Shown: positions 27,923 through 42,937, counted from the stretch's first letter. The stretch: 64,000 nt of DNA from an uncultured Nitrospiraceae bacterium (GCA_963705105.1 CAVPIW010000009.1:192001-256000); one strand, 5' to 3'. A program made the numbers and translations. Notes: a model not told the origin generated them from the sequence alone.

Positions 27923-29374
27923 ATGAAACCATGTGATTTGGTCCTGTTCGGCACCCAGGGAGATCTTGCGAGGCGCAAGCTCTTACCCTCACTGTACCAG
28001 CTCGAAAAAGCGGAGCTCATCGCCCCGGAAACCACCATCATCGGCGTTTCCAGGGGGGAGGCCACCGACGGGGAATATATCGTCCAGGTGCGCGAGAGCC
28101 TGGAAACTTTCATGAAGGAGCCCATCGACAGTACGGTCTGGGAGCGCTTCTCGCGGCGGCTGCGGTATGCGAAGATCGACCTCTCCCAGCCGGACCAGTA
28201 CGCCATCCTCCGTGACAGGGTGGACCAGGCACAGCGCGAGACGGTCAATTACTGCGCCGTGGCGCCTGCCCTGTTCGGCCCGATCTGCCAGGGGCTCGCG
28301 GCAGCGGGGCTTGCCACGGATCGGTCGCGGGTGGTGCTGGAAAAGCCCATCGGCACGGACCTCGCCTCCTCCCGGGTCATCAACGACGCCGTGGGCGCCT
28401 TCTTCCACGAAGGTCAGGTCTACCGCATCGACCACTATCTCGGCAAGGAAACGGTGCTGAACCTCCTGGCGCTTCGCTTCGCCAATTCCATTTTCACCAC
28501 CAACTGGGACCACAATACGATCGACCACGTCCAGATCACGGTGGCCGAGGAGGTCGGGATCGAGGGGCGCTGGGGGTACTTCGACCAGTCCGGTCAGCTC
28601 CGCGACATGGTGCAGAACCATCTCCTGCAGATCCTGACCCTCATCGCCATCGAGCCGCCCGTCGCCCTGGACAGCGACAGCATCCGCAATGAAAAGTTGA
28701 AAGTGCTGAAAGCGCTCCGGCCCATCACACGGGACAACGCAGAGGAGAAATCTGTGCGGGGCCAGTACACCGCCGGTTTTCTCAAGGGGGGGCCGGTCCC
28801 CGGGTATCTCGAAGAGGAAGGGGGCAATCCCCGGAGCGACACCGCAACGTTTGTCGGACTGCGTGTGGACATCGACAACTGGCGGTGGGCCGATGTGCCC
28901 TTTTATCTGCGGACGGGCAAACGCATGACGACCAAACGCAGCGAGGTGGCGATCCACTTCAAGCGCCTGCCTCACAATATTTTCAAGGGGAGCTACAAGA
29001 AGCTGCCGGCCAACCGGCTCGTCATCAAGCTCCAGCCCGATGAAGGGGTGGAAATCGAGGTGCTGAACAAGGTGCCCGGCCTGAGCAAAGGCGTGCAGCT
29101 GCAGAAGACCATGCTGGACCTCAGTTTTTCAGAGACCTTCAGGGGCGAGAGGATCGCCGACGCCTACGAGCGGCTGCTGCTGGAGGCGATGCGGGGCAAC
29201 CAGGCCCTGTTCATACGGCGCGACGAGGTGGAGCAGGCCTGGACATGGATCGATTCCATTCAGGACGCCTGGCAGGCACAGAATGAGCCGCCCAAACCCT
29301 ATGCCGCCGGGACGTGGGGCCCCGTCGCCTCGGTGGCCCTGCTCGCCCGCGACGGCAGGGAGTGGGATGAGTGA
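27923..29374 (+). CDS. zwf: Glucose-6-phosphate 1-dehydrogenase
   Basis: 'GTQGDLARRKL', 'EKPIG', 'YRIDHYLGKE', 'RDMVQNHLLQ', 'PFYLRTGKR'. Confidence 0.97.
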   Translation: MKPCDLVLFGTQGDLARRKLLPSLYQLEKAELIAPETTIIGVSRGEATDGEYIVQVRESLETFMKEPIDSTVWERFSRRLRYAKIDLSQPDQYAILRDRVDQAQRETVNYCAVAPALFGPICQGLAAAGLATDRSRVVLEKPIGTDLASSRVINDAVGAFFHEGQVYRIDHYLGKETVLNLLALRFANSIFTTNWDHNTIDHVQITVAEEVGIEGRWGYFDQSGQLRDMVQNHLLQILTLIAIEPPVALDSDSIRNEKLKVLKALRPITRDNAEEKSVRGQYTAGFLKGGPVPGYLEEEGGNPRSDTATFVGLRVDIDNWRWADVPFYLRTGKRMTTKRSEVAIHFKRLPHNIFKGSYKKLPANRLVIKLQPDEGVEIEVLNKVPGLSKGVQLQKTMLDLSFSETFRGERIADAYERLLLEAMRGNQALFIRRDEVEQAWTWIDSIQDAWQAQNEPPKPYAAGTWGPVASVALLARDGREWDE

Positions 29375-29396
29375 GGTTTATAAAAGGAGCACGATC

Positions 29397-31256
29397 ATGA
29401 ACCAGACAGTACGAGACGTCACGGAACGGATCATCAGCCGCAGCCGCAAAAGTCGCACCAGATATCTGCAGAACATGGAGGAGGCTCTGTCTGCAGGGCC
29501 GTCCCGGCACCGGCTCCCCTGCAGCAATCTTGCACACGCCATGGCGGTTTGCCGGGGCCTGGATGCGGAGAGGATGCGCGACGAGCATTCGCCCCACATC
29601 GCCGTCATAACTTCATACAACGATATGCTCTCGGCCCACCACACCTACGAAGACTTTCCTGCCACCATTAGAAAAGCGGTGGCTGCCGCCGGCGGTGTGG
29701 CCCAGGTGGCGGCCGGCGTGCCCGCCATGTGCGACGGCGTGACCCAGGGTGAGCCGGGCATGGACCTGAGCCTTCTCAGCCGCGACGTCATCGCCATGTC
29801 CACGGTGATCGGCCTGTCCCACGACGTCTTCGACGGGGCGCTGCTGCTCGGCATCTGCGACAAGATCATGCCCGGGCTGATCATGGGGGCGCTGCAGTTC
29901 GGACACCTGCCCATGATCCTGGTGCCTGGCGGCCCCATGCGCACGGGGCTGTCCAACAAGGAGAAGGCCCACGCACGGGAGCTCTTCGCCGAGGGCAAGA
30001 TCGGCCGGGATGAGATGCTGGAGGTGGAATGCAAATCCTACCATAGCACCGGGACATGCACTTTTTACGGCACGGCCAACAGCAACCAGCTCATCGCGGA
30101 ACTGCTGGGGCTGCATCTGCCGGGCGCCTCCTTCGTCAATCCCGACGACCCCCTGCGGGAGGCCTTCACCGTCGCCGCCGCTGCCCGGGTCACCGGCATG
30201 ACCCATCTGGGAGGGGCCTATAGCCCCATCTGCCGGATTGTCAGCGAAAAAGCGGTCGTGAACGCCATAGTCGGGGTGCTCGCCACGGGAGGCTCCACAA
30301 ACCAGACCATGCACCTCGTGGCAATAGCCAGGGCAGCGGGCATCCGCATCAACTGGGACGATTTCTCGGACCTCTCCACTGCTGTGCCCCTGCTGGTCCG
30401 GATCTATCCCAACGGGCCCGGGGACATCAACACCTTTCAGGACGCGGGCGGCATGGCGGCGCTCATTGCCGAACTCCTGGACGGCGGCTTCGTGCACAAC
30501 GATGTGCAGACCGTGGCGGGACAGGGCATGGAAGCCTATGCCCGCAAACCTCTGCTGGACGGGGACTCCCTGACGTGGAAGCCGGAGCCGGAGCGGTCGG
30601 CGGACCTCTCGGTGATCGCTGACCTGCAGAAGCCCTTTTCAGCGACGGGTGGACTCAAGGTCCTCTCGGGCAATCTGGGCAGGGCCGTCATCAAGGTGTC
30701 ATCCCTGGCCGACGGCGCAGACACTGTCATCGAGGCCCCGGCGGTGGTCTTCCATACCCAGGAAGAACTGAACGCCGCTTTCCGTGAGGGCCGGCTGAAC
30801 CGCGATTTCATCGCCGTGGTGCGCTTCCAGGGGCCCCAGGCCACAGGCATGCCGGAACTCCACAAACTGATTACGCCGCTATCCGTCCTTATGGACCATG
30901 GGTACAAAGTGGGCATGGTGACGGACGGCAGGCTGTCCGGGGCCTCCGGCAAGGTGCCCTCGGCCATCCACGTGACGCCGGAGGCGCTCTGCGGGGGATT
31001 GCTCGCCAAGGTGCAGGACGGCGACCCGATCCGCATCGATGTCAGGACGGGCAGACTCGATCTCCTGCTGGACGAGGCGGTGATCAAGGCGAGGGAGTAT
31101 GCCGATCCTGACTTGAAAAAAGCGCGCTACGGCACGGGCCGCCAGATCTTCGCCCCCCTGCGCAGCAGTATGCTGAGTCCCGAGGAAGGCGCGAGCTCGC
31201 TCTTTACCTATGTCCTTGAGAAGTGCCAGGTGCATCTGCCCTATCAGGAGGAGTGA
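29397..31256 (+). CDS. edd: Phosphogluconate dehydratase
   Basis: 'CSNLAH', 'YNDMLSAH', '[11 protein letters not shown]', '[13 protein letters not shown]', '[16 protein letters not shown]'. Confidence 0.95.
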   Translation: MNQTVRDVTERIISRSRKSRTRYLQNMEEALSAGPSRHRLPCSNLAHAMAVCRGLDAERMRDEHSPHIAVITSYNDMLSAHHTYEDFPATIRKAVAAAGGVAQVAAGVPAMCDGVTQGEPGMDLSLLSRDVIAMSTVIGLSHDVFDGALLLGICDKIMPGLIMGALQFGHLPMILVPGGPMRTGLSNKEKAHARELFAEGKIGRDEMLEVECKSYHSTGTCTFYGTANSNQLIAELLGLHLPGASFVNPDDPLREAFTVAAAARVTGMTHLGGAYSPICRIVSEKAVVNAIVGVLATGGSTNQTMHLVAIARAAGIRINWDDFSDLSTAVPLLVRIYPNGPGDINTFQDAGGMAALIAELLDGGFVHNDVQTVAGQGMEAYARKPLLDGDSLTWKPEPERSADLSVIADLQKPFSATGGLKVLSGNLGRAVIKVSSLADGADTVIEAPAVVFHTQEELNAAFREGRLNRDFIAVVRFQGPQATGMPELHKLITPLSVLMDHGYKVGMVTDGRLSGASGKVPSAIHVTPEALCGGLLAKVQDGDPIRIDVRTGRLDLLLDEAVIKAREYADPDLKKARYGTGRQIFAPLRSSMLSPEEGASSLFTYVLEKCQVHLPYQEE

Positions 31257-31906
31257 TGGAAACGAAAAGGCATTGGAACGTCCAACCCGAAGAGATACTG
31301 CGCCAGGGGCCGGTCGTGCCGGTCATGGTCATCAGGAACCTGGAACATGCGGTGCCCCTGGCACGGGCGCTGATGGCCGGCGGCATCAGCGTGCTCGAAA
31401 TCACCCTGCGCACCCCGGTGGCCATGGAGGCTATCAGGGCCATCAGCCGGGAGGTTCCCGGCGCCATCGTCGGCGCCGGCACGGTGACTCGCAACGAGGA
31501 GCTTGCCGCTGTTGCAGAAGCCGGCGGCGTCTTCGCCATCAGTCCGGGCCTGACCGTGGAGCTGCTCGATGCGGCCAACCGGGGGCCCATACCCCTGATT
31601 CCCGGCATAGCCACGATCTCGGAGCTGATGACCGGCATGGCACGAGGTTACAGCCACTTCAAATTTTTCCCCGCCGAGGCTGCGGGCGGAGTGAAAATGG
31701 TCCAAGCCATCGCCGGACCCTTTCCGCAGATCACCCTTTGCCCGACGGGTGGCATCACCCCTGCCAACTACAGGGAATATCTCGCCCAGAAGAACGTCGC
31801 CTGCGTCGGCGGCTCCTGGGTCGCGCCGCAGGGGGCGATGGATCAGGGGGACTGGGCGCGGATCACCGCGCTCGCCCGGGAAGCCATAGAAAAATCGGGA
31901 CGTTGA
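31256..31906 (+). CDS. eda: KDPG/KHG aldolase
   Basis: 'LEITLRT', 'GAGTV', 'KFFPAE..GG', 'CPTGGI', 'CVGGSW'. Confidence 0.95.
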   Translation: METKRHWNVQPEEILRQGPVVPVMVIRNLEHAVPLARALMAGGISVLEITLRTPVAMEAIRAISREVPGAIVGAGTVTRNEELAAVAEAGGVFAISPGLTVELLDAANRGPIPLIPGIATISELMTGMARGYSHFKFFPAEAAGGVKMVQAIAGPFPQITLCPTGGITPANYREYLAQKNVACVGGSWVAPQGAMDQGDWARITALAREAIEKSGR

Positions 31907-31950
31907 TTTTACCTTTCCCATAGGGGATAATCATACGAGGAGGTGAGGGG

Positions 31951-34053
31951 ATGATCTCTGCAGGATGCGCCGACGTGGTCAGGGGAAGGTCCTATCCGCT
32001 CGGGGCGACAGTCTACCCCGAGGGGGTGAACTTCAGCGTTTACGCGAAGAACGCCCTGTCCATCGAACTCCTCCTCTTCGACGCCGTCGACGACGGAAAA
32101 CCGGCCCGCGTGCTCTTTCTCGATCCCCGGGAGAACCGCACATATCATTACTGGCACGTCTTTGTGCCCGGTATCGGTGCCGGCCAGATTTACGGTTTCC
32201 GGGCCCACGGCCTTTTCGAACCGCAGCGCGGTCTCCGTTATGACGGCACGCGTCTGCTCCTCGATCCTTACGGCCGCTGCACGGCCGTCCCGGGAGGCTA
32301 TGACCGAAAACTCATCTGCGACCAGGCAGACCACACGGCGATCTCCATGAAGAGCATAGTCACCGATACCACTTCCTATGACTGGCAGGGGGACACGCAG
32401 CTCAAGAGGCCCTTCTCCCATACCGTCATTTACGAAATGCACGTCGGCGGGTTCACGAAGCACCCGAACTCAGGCCTGGCGGCCGGCAAGAGAGGCACCT
32501 ATGCGGGACTCATCGAGAAGATCCCCTACCTGACCGACCTCGGCGTCACCGCCGTCGAGTTCCTCCCCATCTTTCAGTTCGACGAGCATGACAGCCCCGC
32601 CGGCATGAAGAACTACTGGGGATACAGCCCCGTCTCTTTTTTCTCCCCCCACTGCGGGTACAGCTCCCGGAAGGACCCCCTCGGTCCCCTCGACGAGTTC
32701 AGGGACATGGTGAAGGCCCTGCACAGGGGCGGCATCGAAGTGATCCTCGATGTCGTCTTCAACCATACGGCGGAGGGCGACCACAGGGGTCCGACCTTTT
32801 GCTTCAGGGGTCTCGAAAACAAGGCCTATTATATCCTCGAAAATGACAGGGCCTTGTACACGAATTATTCCGGCACCGGCAATACGATGAACGCGAACCA
32901 TCCCGTCGTGCGCCGCATGATCGTCGACAGCCTGCGGTTCTGGGTCGAGGAGATGCACGTCGACGGTTTCCGCTTCGATCTCGCCTCGATCCTGTCCCGC
33001 GACGAATCCGGTCATCCGCTGGCAAATCCTCCCGTCCTCTGGGACATCGAGACCGACCCCTCACTGGCGGGCATTAAACTCATTGCCGAGGCCTGGGATG
33101 CAGCGGGTCTCTACCAGGTCGGCTCGTTCGTCGGTGACAGCTGGAAGGAATGGAACGGCAGGTTCAGGGACGACTTCAGGAGCTTTCTCAAAGGCGATGC
33201 CGGCACGGTGACGAAGATCGCGCCGAGGTTCCTCGCCAGTCCCGATCTGTTCGGTCATGAAGAGCGCGAGCCCGAGCAGAGCATCAACTTCGTGACCTGC
33301 CACGACGGGTTCACGCTGAACGACGTCGTCTCCTACAATCACAAGCATAACGAGGCAAACGGAGAGCAGAACCGGGACGGCAGCGACAACAACCTGAGCT
33401 GGAACGGCGGGATCGAGGGACCGACGGACGACTCCGAGGTGGAACGGCTCAGGAGCCGGCAGGTGAAGAACTTCCTGGCCGTCACGCTCATGTCCCTGGG
33501 CACCCCCATGCTGCTCATGGGAGACGAGGTGCGCCGCACCCAGCAGGGGAACAACAACGCCTATTGCCAGGACAATGAAATAAGCTGGTTCGACTGGTCC
33601 CTGGTCGAACGGCACAGGGACATCCACCGTTTCGTGAAAATACTCATCGCCGCCCGGCTGTCCCGCGAGATATCCCAGGATGAATTCCCCGTCACCCTAA
33701 ACCAGTTGCTCCACCAGTCGCGCATCGAATGGCACGGTGTGAAACTCCACCAGCCTGACTGGAGCCCTGCATCGCATACCCTCGCGGTAACGGTCGAATC
33801 CCTGTCAGGCACCCGGTTGGTCCATATCATTCTGAATGCATTCTGGGAGGCCCTCGAGTTCGAGATTCCCCCGCTTCCCGACACATCGTCCGGGGGCTGG
33901 CGGCGCGTCATCGATACGTCCCTCCCGTCGCCCGAGGACTGCTGCACCTGGAAGGACGCGCCGGTCATCAGAGGATCGACGCACATAGCCCATCCCCGCT
34001 CGATCGTTATGTTCGTTGCGGTCGTGAAGGAGCAGACTCCCGTGGTGTTATAG
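31951..34053 (+). CDS. glgX: Glycogen debranching enzyme (isoamylase, GH13)
   Basis: 'PLGAT...GVNFS', 'NYWGY', 'DVVFNHT', 'DGFRFDLAS', 'AEAWD', 'CHDGFTL', 'TQQGNNNAYCQDN'. Confidence 0.95.
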   Translation: MISAGCADVVRGRSYPLGATVYPEGVNFSVYAKNALSIELLLFDAVDDGKPARVLFLDPRENRTYHYWHVFVPGIGAGQIYGFRAHGLFEPQRGLRYDGTRLLLDPYGRCTAVPGGYDRKLICDQADHTAISMKSIVTDTTSYDWQGDTQLKRPFSHTVIYEMHVGGFTKHPNSGLAAGKRGTYAGLIEKIPYLTDLGVTAVEFLPIFQFDEHDSPAGMKNYWGYSPVSFFSPHCGYSSRKDPLGPLDEFRDMVKALHRGGIEVILDVVFNHTAEGDHRGPTFCFRGLENKAYYILENDRALYTNYSGTGNTMNANHPVVRRMIVDSLRFWVEEMHVDGFRFDLASILSRDESGHPLANPPVLWDIETDPSLAGIKLIAEAWDAAGLYQVGSFVGDSWKEWNGRFRDDFRSFLKGDAGTVTKIAPRFLASPDLFGHEEREPEQSINFVTCHDGFTLNDVVSYNHKHNEANGEQNRDGSDNNLSWNGGIEGPTDDSEVERLRSRQVKNFLAVTLMSLGTPMLLMGDEVRRTQQGNNNAYCQDNEISWFDWSLVERHRDIHRFVKILIAARLSREISQDEFPVTLNQLLHQSRIEWHGVKLHQPDWSPASHTLAVTVESLSGTRLVHIILNAFWEALEFEIPPLPDTSSGGWRRVIDTSLPSPEDCCTWKDAPVIRGSTHIAHPRSIVMFVAVVKEQTPVVL

Positions 34054-34063
34054 GAAGGCAGAC

Positions 34064-36172
34064 ATGCACCAGTCAATGTCAAGAGGTCTGTACATAGCGA
34101 GCACGGTCGCACGGAGCGGCAAGTCCACCGTCATGCTGGGCATGATGGAGTTTCTCTCCTCCCTCGGATGGCGTGTCGGCTTCTTCCGCCCCGTCATAAA
34201 CGACGGCGGCGACCGGGACATGGCCATCCAGCTTGTCGCGGGCCGCTATAAACTCGATTTCCCCTATGACGCCATGTACGGATGCACCATCGATACGGCG
34301 CGGGAGCTCATCTCCCAGGACCGGGACGACGAGCTCATCAGCCTCATCCTTGAGAAGTACAAGGCCCTCGAAAAAAACTGCGACTTCATCGTGACCGTCG
34401 GGACGGATTACGTGGGCATCAATGCGCCGCTTGAATTCGAGTTCAACATCGACATCGCGAACAACCTCGGCATTCCCCTCGTCCCCGTCATCAACGGCGA
34501 CGGCAGGACGGCGAAGGAGATCGTCGAAGCCGTCAAGATGCTCATCGAGGCGCTGGAGCAGAAGAAATGCGACATCCTGGCCGTCTTCGTCAACCGCGTC
34601 ACGCCGAGGGAGAAGAAAGCCGTCGACCTGGGGCTGAGCCAGGCACTGCAGACGACGGTTCCCTTCAACGTGCTGCCCAAGCTGCCGGTGCTCGAAAAGC
34701 CGACGATCGGGGAGATCGCCCGGGACCTCGGCGCCGAGGTCCTCCACGGGACCCAGGAGGGACTGGACCGGGAGATCGACAACTACAAGGTCGCCGCCAT
34801 GGAGCTCCCCCACTTTCTCGACCGTATCGAAGAGGGGAGCCTCATCATCACGCCCGGAGACCGTTCCGACATCATCCTCGGTGCCCTTATGGCCCATGAG
34901 TCCCAGACCTTTCCGAAGATATCGGGTCTCCTCCTCACGGGCGGCATGAAGCCGGCGCCCCAGATCGAAAAGCTCATCGGCGGGCTGAGCAAGATCCTCA
35001 TCCCCGTCCTCGGTGTTCAGACAGACACATTCACGACGGCGATGACCGTCAACTCCATCCAAGGGGCCATCGTCCCGAGCAGCAGACGCAAGATCGCCGG
35101 CGCCCTCGGCATATTCGAGGAATTTGTGAACATGCAGGAGCTGCAGCGGCACATCGCCGTCACGAGGACCCAGCGTGTCACGCCCCTCATGTTCGAGTAC
35201 GAGCTCATCTCCCGGGCGAAGACACGGTGCCGCCACGTCGTTCTTGCCGAAGGCACGGAGGACCGCATCATCAGGGCTGCCGAGATCCTCCTTCTCAGGG
35301 GCTTCTGTGAGATCACCCTTCTCGGGGATGCGGCGGAGATCGGCCGCCGCGCCGAGTCCCTCGGCATCTCACTGAACGGGGTAAACATCGTGGACCCCCT
35401 CGCATCGGCCCTCCGCGATCAGTATGCCGACACCTACTACGAGATGCGCAAACACAAGGGCATTTCGCGCGAGTTGGCCTATGATCTCATGGCCGATGTA
35501 AGCTATTTCGGCACCGCCATGGTCTACCACGGAAACGCCGACGGCATGGTCTCCGGCGCGGTCCATACGACACAGCACACCATCAGGCCCGCCTTCGAGA
35601 TCATCAAGACGAAGCCGGGGTGCTCCATCGTCTCGAGCGTCTTCTTCATGTGCCTCGCCGACCGGGTGCTCGTATTCGGAGACTGCGCCGTCAACCCGAA
35701 CCCGACGGCGGAGCAGCTCGCCGACATCGCCATCAGTTCCGCCGACACCGCCCGGGCCTTCGGTATAGAGCCGCTCGTGGCGATGCTCTCCTACTCGTCG
35801 GGCGAATCCGGCAAGGGCGAGGACGTCGACAAGGTGCGCGAGGCGACGGCCGTCGCGCGGCGGCTCCGTCCCGACCTCAGGGTGGAAGGACCGATCCAGT
35901 ACGACGCGGCCGTCGACCCTGACGTGGCGAAATCGAAGATGCCCGGCAGCGATGTGGCGGGACATGCGACGGTCTTCATCTTTCCCGACCTGAACACGGG
36001 CAACAACACCTATAAGGCCGTCCAGCGTTCAGCCAACGCCGTTGCGATCGGCCCCGTCCTGCAGGGACTGAACAAGCCGGTCAACGACCTCAGCAGGGGC
36101 TGCACGGTGACGGACATCGTCAACACCGTCGCCATCACGGCCATCCAGGCCCAGATGGACGAGTCCCTGTGA
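34064..36172 (+). CDS. pta: Phosphate acetyltransferase (long form with BioD-like/DRTGG N-terminus)
   Basis: 'ITPGDRSD', 'VSGAVHTT..TIRP', 'DCAVNP', 'GPIQYDAAV', 'NKPVNDLSRG'. Confidence 0.95.
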   Translation: MHQSMSRGLYIASTVARSGKSTVMLGMMEFLSSLGWRVGFFRPVINDGGDRDMAIQLVAGRYKLDFPYDAMYGCTIDTARELISQDRDDELISLILEKYKALEKNCDFIVTVGTDYVGINAPLEFEFNIDIANNLGIPLVPVINGDGRTAKEIVEAVKMLIEALEQKKCDILAVFVNRVTPREKKAVDLGLSQALQTTVPFNVLPKLPVLEKPTIGEIARDLGAEVLHGTQEGLDREIDNYKVAAMELPHFLDRIEEGSLIITPGDRSDIILGALMAHESQTFPKISGLLLTGGMKPAPQIEKLIGGLSKILIPVLGVQTDTFTTAMTVNSIQGAIVPSSRRKIAGALGIFEEFVNMQELQRHIAVTRTQRVTPLMFEYELISRAKTRCRHVVLAEGTEDRIIRAAEILLLRGFCEITLLGDAAEIGRRAESLGISLNGVNIVDPLASALRDQYADTYYEMRKHKGISRELAYDLMADVSYFGTAMVYHGNADGMVSGAVHTTQHTIRPAFEIIKTKPGCSIVSSVFFMCLADRVLVFGDCAVNPNPTAEQLADIAISSADTARAFGIEPLVAMLSYSSGESGKGEDVDKVREATAVARRLRPDLRVEGPIQYDAAVDPDVAKSKMPGSDVAGHATVFIFPDLNTGNNTYKAVQRSANAVAIGPVLQGLNKPVNDLSRGCTVTDIVNTVAITAIQAQMDESL

Positions 36173-36178
36173 TCCTCT

Positions 36179-36371
36179 CCGTTGCGTGAAAAGGCGGGAC
36201 AAAGTGCCTATGAAAGACAGTGTCAGTGTCAGTGTGAGTGTCAGCAGAAGGTTCACCTTTTTTCAACCGTGGTTCTGACATGATCCTCATGGGAAGGCAA
36301 AGGTTTCTCAGCACCAAGGCTTTTCGGCATTTTCACCCCGCCTTTCCGGAGGTCCTGTGCCAATGATAAAG
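36179..36371 (-). repeat. Modular hairpin repeat between pta and ackA, overlapping the ackA start
   Basis: GTTGCGTGAAAAGGCGGG...CAGTGTCAGTGTCAGTGTGAGTGTCAG...CCCCGCCTTTCCGGAGGTCCTGTGCCAATGATAA. Confidence 0.85.
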
Positions 36372-37571
36372 ACGGTTGCCGTCGTCAACTCAGGCAGTTC
36401 CTCCATCAAATACGAGGTCTTCAGTGTCGGCGGTCTCGTGCCGGCGGCATCGGGACTGCTCGAGCGTATCGGAACGGATACGGGCCATCTCCGTCACCGC
36501 CAGTGGCGTGACGGCGTCGAATCGCCTGCGCTCGACATCATGCAGGCCGTGAAGGACCACAGCGAGGGATTCGGTCTGATCCTCTCCGTCATGACCGAGA
36601 GGAAGGTCGTGAGCGAAAAAGGAGAGCTCGCCGCCATCGGTCACCGCGTCGTTCACGGGGGCGAATCATTCCACAAACCGACAATCCTGACGGACCCTGT
36701 TATATCGACAATCAGGGACCTCGTTCACCTGGCGCCCCTGCACAACCCGGCGAACCTCCTCGGCATCGAGATCCTCAGGGGCATTTTCCCGGACATCCCG
36801 CAGGTGGCGGTCTTCGATACGGCCTTTCATCAGTCCATGCCTCCCCGCGCGTACCGCTACGCCCTGCCGGAAGAGTTCTATACGTCACACCACGTCAGGC
36901 GTTACGGATTTCACGGCACGTCTCACCAGTACGTTTCGAGGGAGGCGGCAAGGCATCTGGGCATATCTGCGGCAAAGGCGAACCTCATCACCCTCCACCT
37001 GGGAAACGGGGCCAGCGCCGCGGCCGTCCAGGGCGGCAGGAGCGTCGACACCTCCATGGGCATGACCCCCCTGGAGGGACTCGTGATGGGCACGCGGTGC
37101 GGCGACATCGATCCGGCGGTCCCGACGTATCTGCTGCGCCGGGCAGGCCTGGGGATTTCCGACGTGGATGAGGTCCTGAACCGCAGGAGCGGTCTGCTGG
37201 GCCTCTGCGGCGTCCATGACATGAGGGAGGTGCAGCGCCTCGCCGAGGGGGGCGATGAGAGGGCAGCCGTCGCCATCGACATGTACTGTTACCGCATCCG
37301 GAAATACATCGGCGCCTATACGGCTGCGCTCGGCAGGGTCGATGCCGTCGTCTTTACCGGGGGTATCGGTGAGAACGCCTCCATCATCAGGAAACGATCC
37401 TGTGAGGGACTTGAGCCTCTCGGCATTGTGCTGGATGAAGGGAAGAACGCATCGGTACCGGGCGACGTCACGGACATTCACGATGAACGGTCGCCGGTGA
37501 AGGTCCTCGTGATCAGGACGAACGAGGAGCTCGAAATAGCTCGGCAAACACTCGAAACGATAGGGTCATAG
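36363..37571 (+). CDS. ackA: Acetate kinase
   Basis: 'VVNSGSSSIKY', 'GHRVVHGG', 'LAPLHNP', 'YGFHGTSH', 'TPLEG.VMGTRCG', 'TNEEL'. Confidence 0.96.
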   Translation: MIKTVAVVNSGSSSIKYEVFSVGGLVPAASGLLERIGTDTGHLRHRQWRDGVESPALDIMQAVKDHSEGFGLILSVMTERKVVSEKGELAAIGHRVVHGGESFHKPTILTDPVISTIRDLVHLAPLHNPANLLGIEILRGIFPDIPQVAVFDTAFHQSMPPRAYRYALPEEFYTSHHVRRYGFHGTSHQYVSREAARHLGISAAKANLITLHLGNGASAAAVQGGRSVDTSMGMTPLEGLVMGTRCGDIDPAVPTYLLRRAGLGISDVDEVLNRRSGLLGLCGVHDMREVQRLAEGGDERAAVAIDMYCYRIRKYIGAYTAALGRVDAVVFTGGIGENASIIRKRSCEGLEPLGIVLDEGKNASVPGDVTDIHDERSPVKVLVIRTNEELEIARQTLETIGS

Positions 37572-37991
37572 TGACAGTGTGAGTGCGAGTGTCAGTGAAA
37601 GGAAACTATTCGTGACAATGTCAGTGCCAGTGTCAGTGAACCTTTCAGTTGCCGGAAAAGGCAGGACAAAGTGCCTCAAAACCCTGCTGATAGCGGCGCG
37701 ATCGCCGGGAAGGCAGATATGGTTCAAAGCCTTTCCAATGCGATGATGAGACTTTGAAAGGTGTTCAGCGCCTGTTGCCTGACGGGCAGTTGTCATCAAC
37801 AGACACGGCAAAGGGGGGTCTGGTGACGAATAAGGTATCTTAGCGGAAAGGCTTTTCACCACATCAGCCTTCCCGTTTGGGCAGTCGCGGCGTGGGGTGC
37901 CGACTTTCAACTGCTGACCAAAGACTCAATGACTTCATTGCGGCGGCATCTTCGCCCCGCCTTCCCGAAGGGCGTATTGCAACGGTACGGT
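37570..37991 (-). repeat. Hexamer tract plus a long modular hairpin repeat copy
   Basis: GTGACAGTGTGAGTGCGAGTGTCAGT tract; element 37639-37991 ends CGCCCCGCCTTCCCG...TTGCAACGGTACGGT; shares GATATGGTTCAAAGCC with the copy at 43361. Confidence 0.78.
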
Positions 37992-38079
37992 AAAGAAGTG
38001 AAAAGGGGTGAATGCAAATGTGAGTGAGAGGGGGCAGGTCGAGCGGGAACGGCACATGCGTTGTCCGCGATTCCTTATT

Positions 38080-38146
38080 ATTCGTCATTCCCGCTTGCCG
38101 GGAATCTTTCTTCAAGAGGGATCCCGGACGAGCCGGGATGACGAAT
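38080..38146. repeat. REP-like double-hairpin repeat (GTCATTCC...GGAATC...GGATGAC)
   Basis: Terminal inverted repeats ATTCGTCAT/ATGACGAAT; second degenerate copy at 45293-45352. Confidence 0.65.
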
Positions 38147-38262
38147 GCGGACTGTACTTGACTGCAGTCCTGATGCCATTATCAAATGTGCTTCATTGAA
38201 CTGACACAGTCACTGTCACTGTTCTTGAAAGGTAACCATTCAGCTGCGAAAGGAGTGTGCGT

Positions 38263-41892
<3,630 letters not shown>

Positions 41893-41895
41893 ACC

Positions 41896-42894
41896 ATGGA
41901 CCTTACATCGACATACTGCGGATTACAGCTACCCCACCCCTTTATCGCGGGACCGTCGCCCCTCTCCGACAGCGTCGAGGGTGCGAAAAAGCTCGAAGAC
42001 GCCGGCGCCGCGGCAGTCGTATTGAGGACAATCTACGAGGAGCAGATAGAAAACGACGAGCGCACCATCCAGAGGTCCCTTTCCCACGGCAATTCTTTCG
42101 GAGAGGCCCTGAGCTACTTCTCGTCTCTCGATCCCCTCTCCTTCGGACTCGAAGAATACATGGAGCGCATACGGAGAACAAAGGAGGCCCTCTCCGTCCC
42201 CGTCTTCGCATCCGTCAGCGGCCTCACGTTCGGCGGGTGGAGGGATTACGCCCGGGGCGCCGAGCAGGCGGGAGCGGACGGCATCGAGCTCGATTTTTAT
42301 TACGTCGCCACACACGCGGATGAGACGGCGAACGACATCGAAAACCGGTTCGTCGAAACCGTGCGCACCGTCAGGGAGGCGGTCAGGATACCTGTCTGCC
42401 CGAAGCTCACCGCCTTCTTTACATCCCTCGCGAATGTGGCTCGCCGGCTCAATGAGGCCGGAGCAGACGGCCTGGTCCTTTTGCATCGCTTCTACGAACC
42501 GAACATCGATGTGGACAGGCTGGAGCTGAAATCGGAACTCGTCCTTTCGGGGTCCGTGGAACTGCCCCTCAGGCTCAGATGGCTTGGCATCGTGTCGGCA
42601 TACGTACAATGCTCGCTCGCCGTCACGGGCGGCGTCCACACGACGACCGATGCCGTCAAAGCGATCATGGCCGGGGCAAATGCAGTCCAGATGGTGTCGG
42701 TGCTGCTCAAGGAGGGAACGGGATTGATCGGACGGTTTCGCAATGAACTGGGTGAATGGCTGGAACGCCACGAGTACGAGTCCCTCGCCCAGATGAGAGG
42801 AAGCATGAACATACTGCGCACACCCAATCCGCAGGCCCTGTCACGTTCGCACTACATCCATCTTCAGCAGTCCTGGAGAAGCGAGAGCAAATAA
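41896..42894 (+). CDS. Dihydroorotate dehydrogenase-like flavoprotein (NifJ-associated)
   Basis: 'MDLTS.Y.GL.L..P', 'HRFYEPNID', 'LRLRW', 'GGVH...DAVKAIMAGA..VQ'. Confidence 0.88.
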   Translation: MDLTSTYCGLQLPHPFIAGPSPLSDSVEGAKKLEDAGAAAVVLRTIYEEQIENDERTIQRSLSHGNSFGEALSYFSSLDPLSFGLEEYMERIRRTKEALSVPVFASVSGLTFGGWRDYARGAEQAGADGIELDFYYVATHADETANDIENRFVETVRTVREAVRIPVCPKLTAFFTSLANVARRLNEAGADGLVLLHRFYEPNIDVDRLELKSELVLSGSVELPLRLRWLGIVSAYVQCSLAVTGGVHTTTDAVKAIMAGANAVQMVSVLLKEGTGLIGRFRNELGEWLERHEYESLAQMRGSMNILRTPNPQALSRSHYIHLQQSWRSESK

Positions 42895-42937
42895 TAGTGC
42901 CAGTGTCGGGGCAGTGTCAGTATAGGAGGGTATCGGG

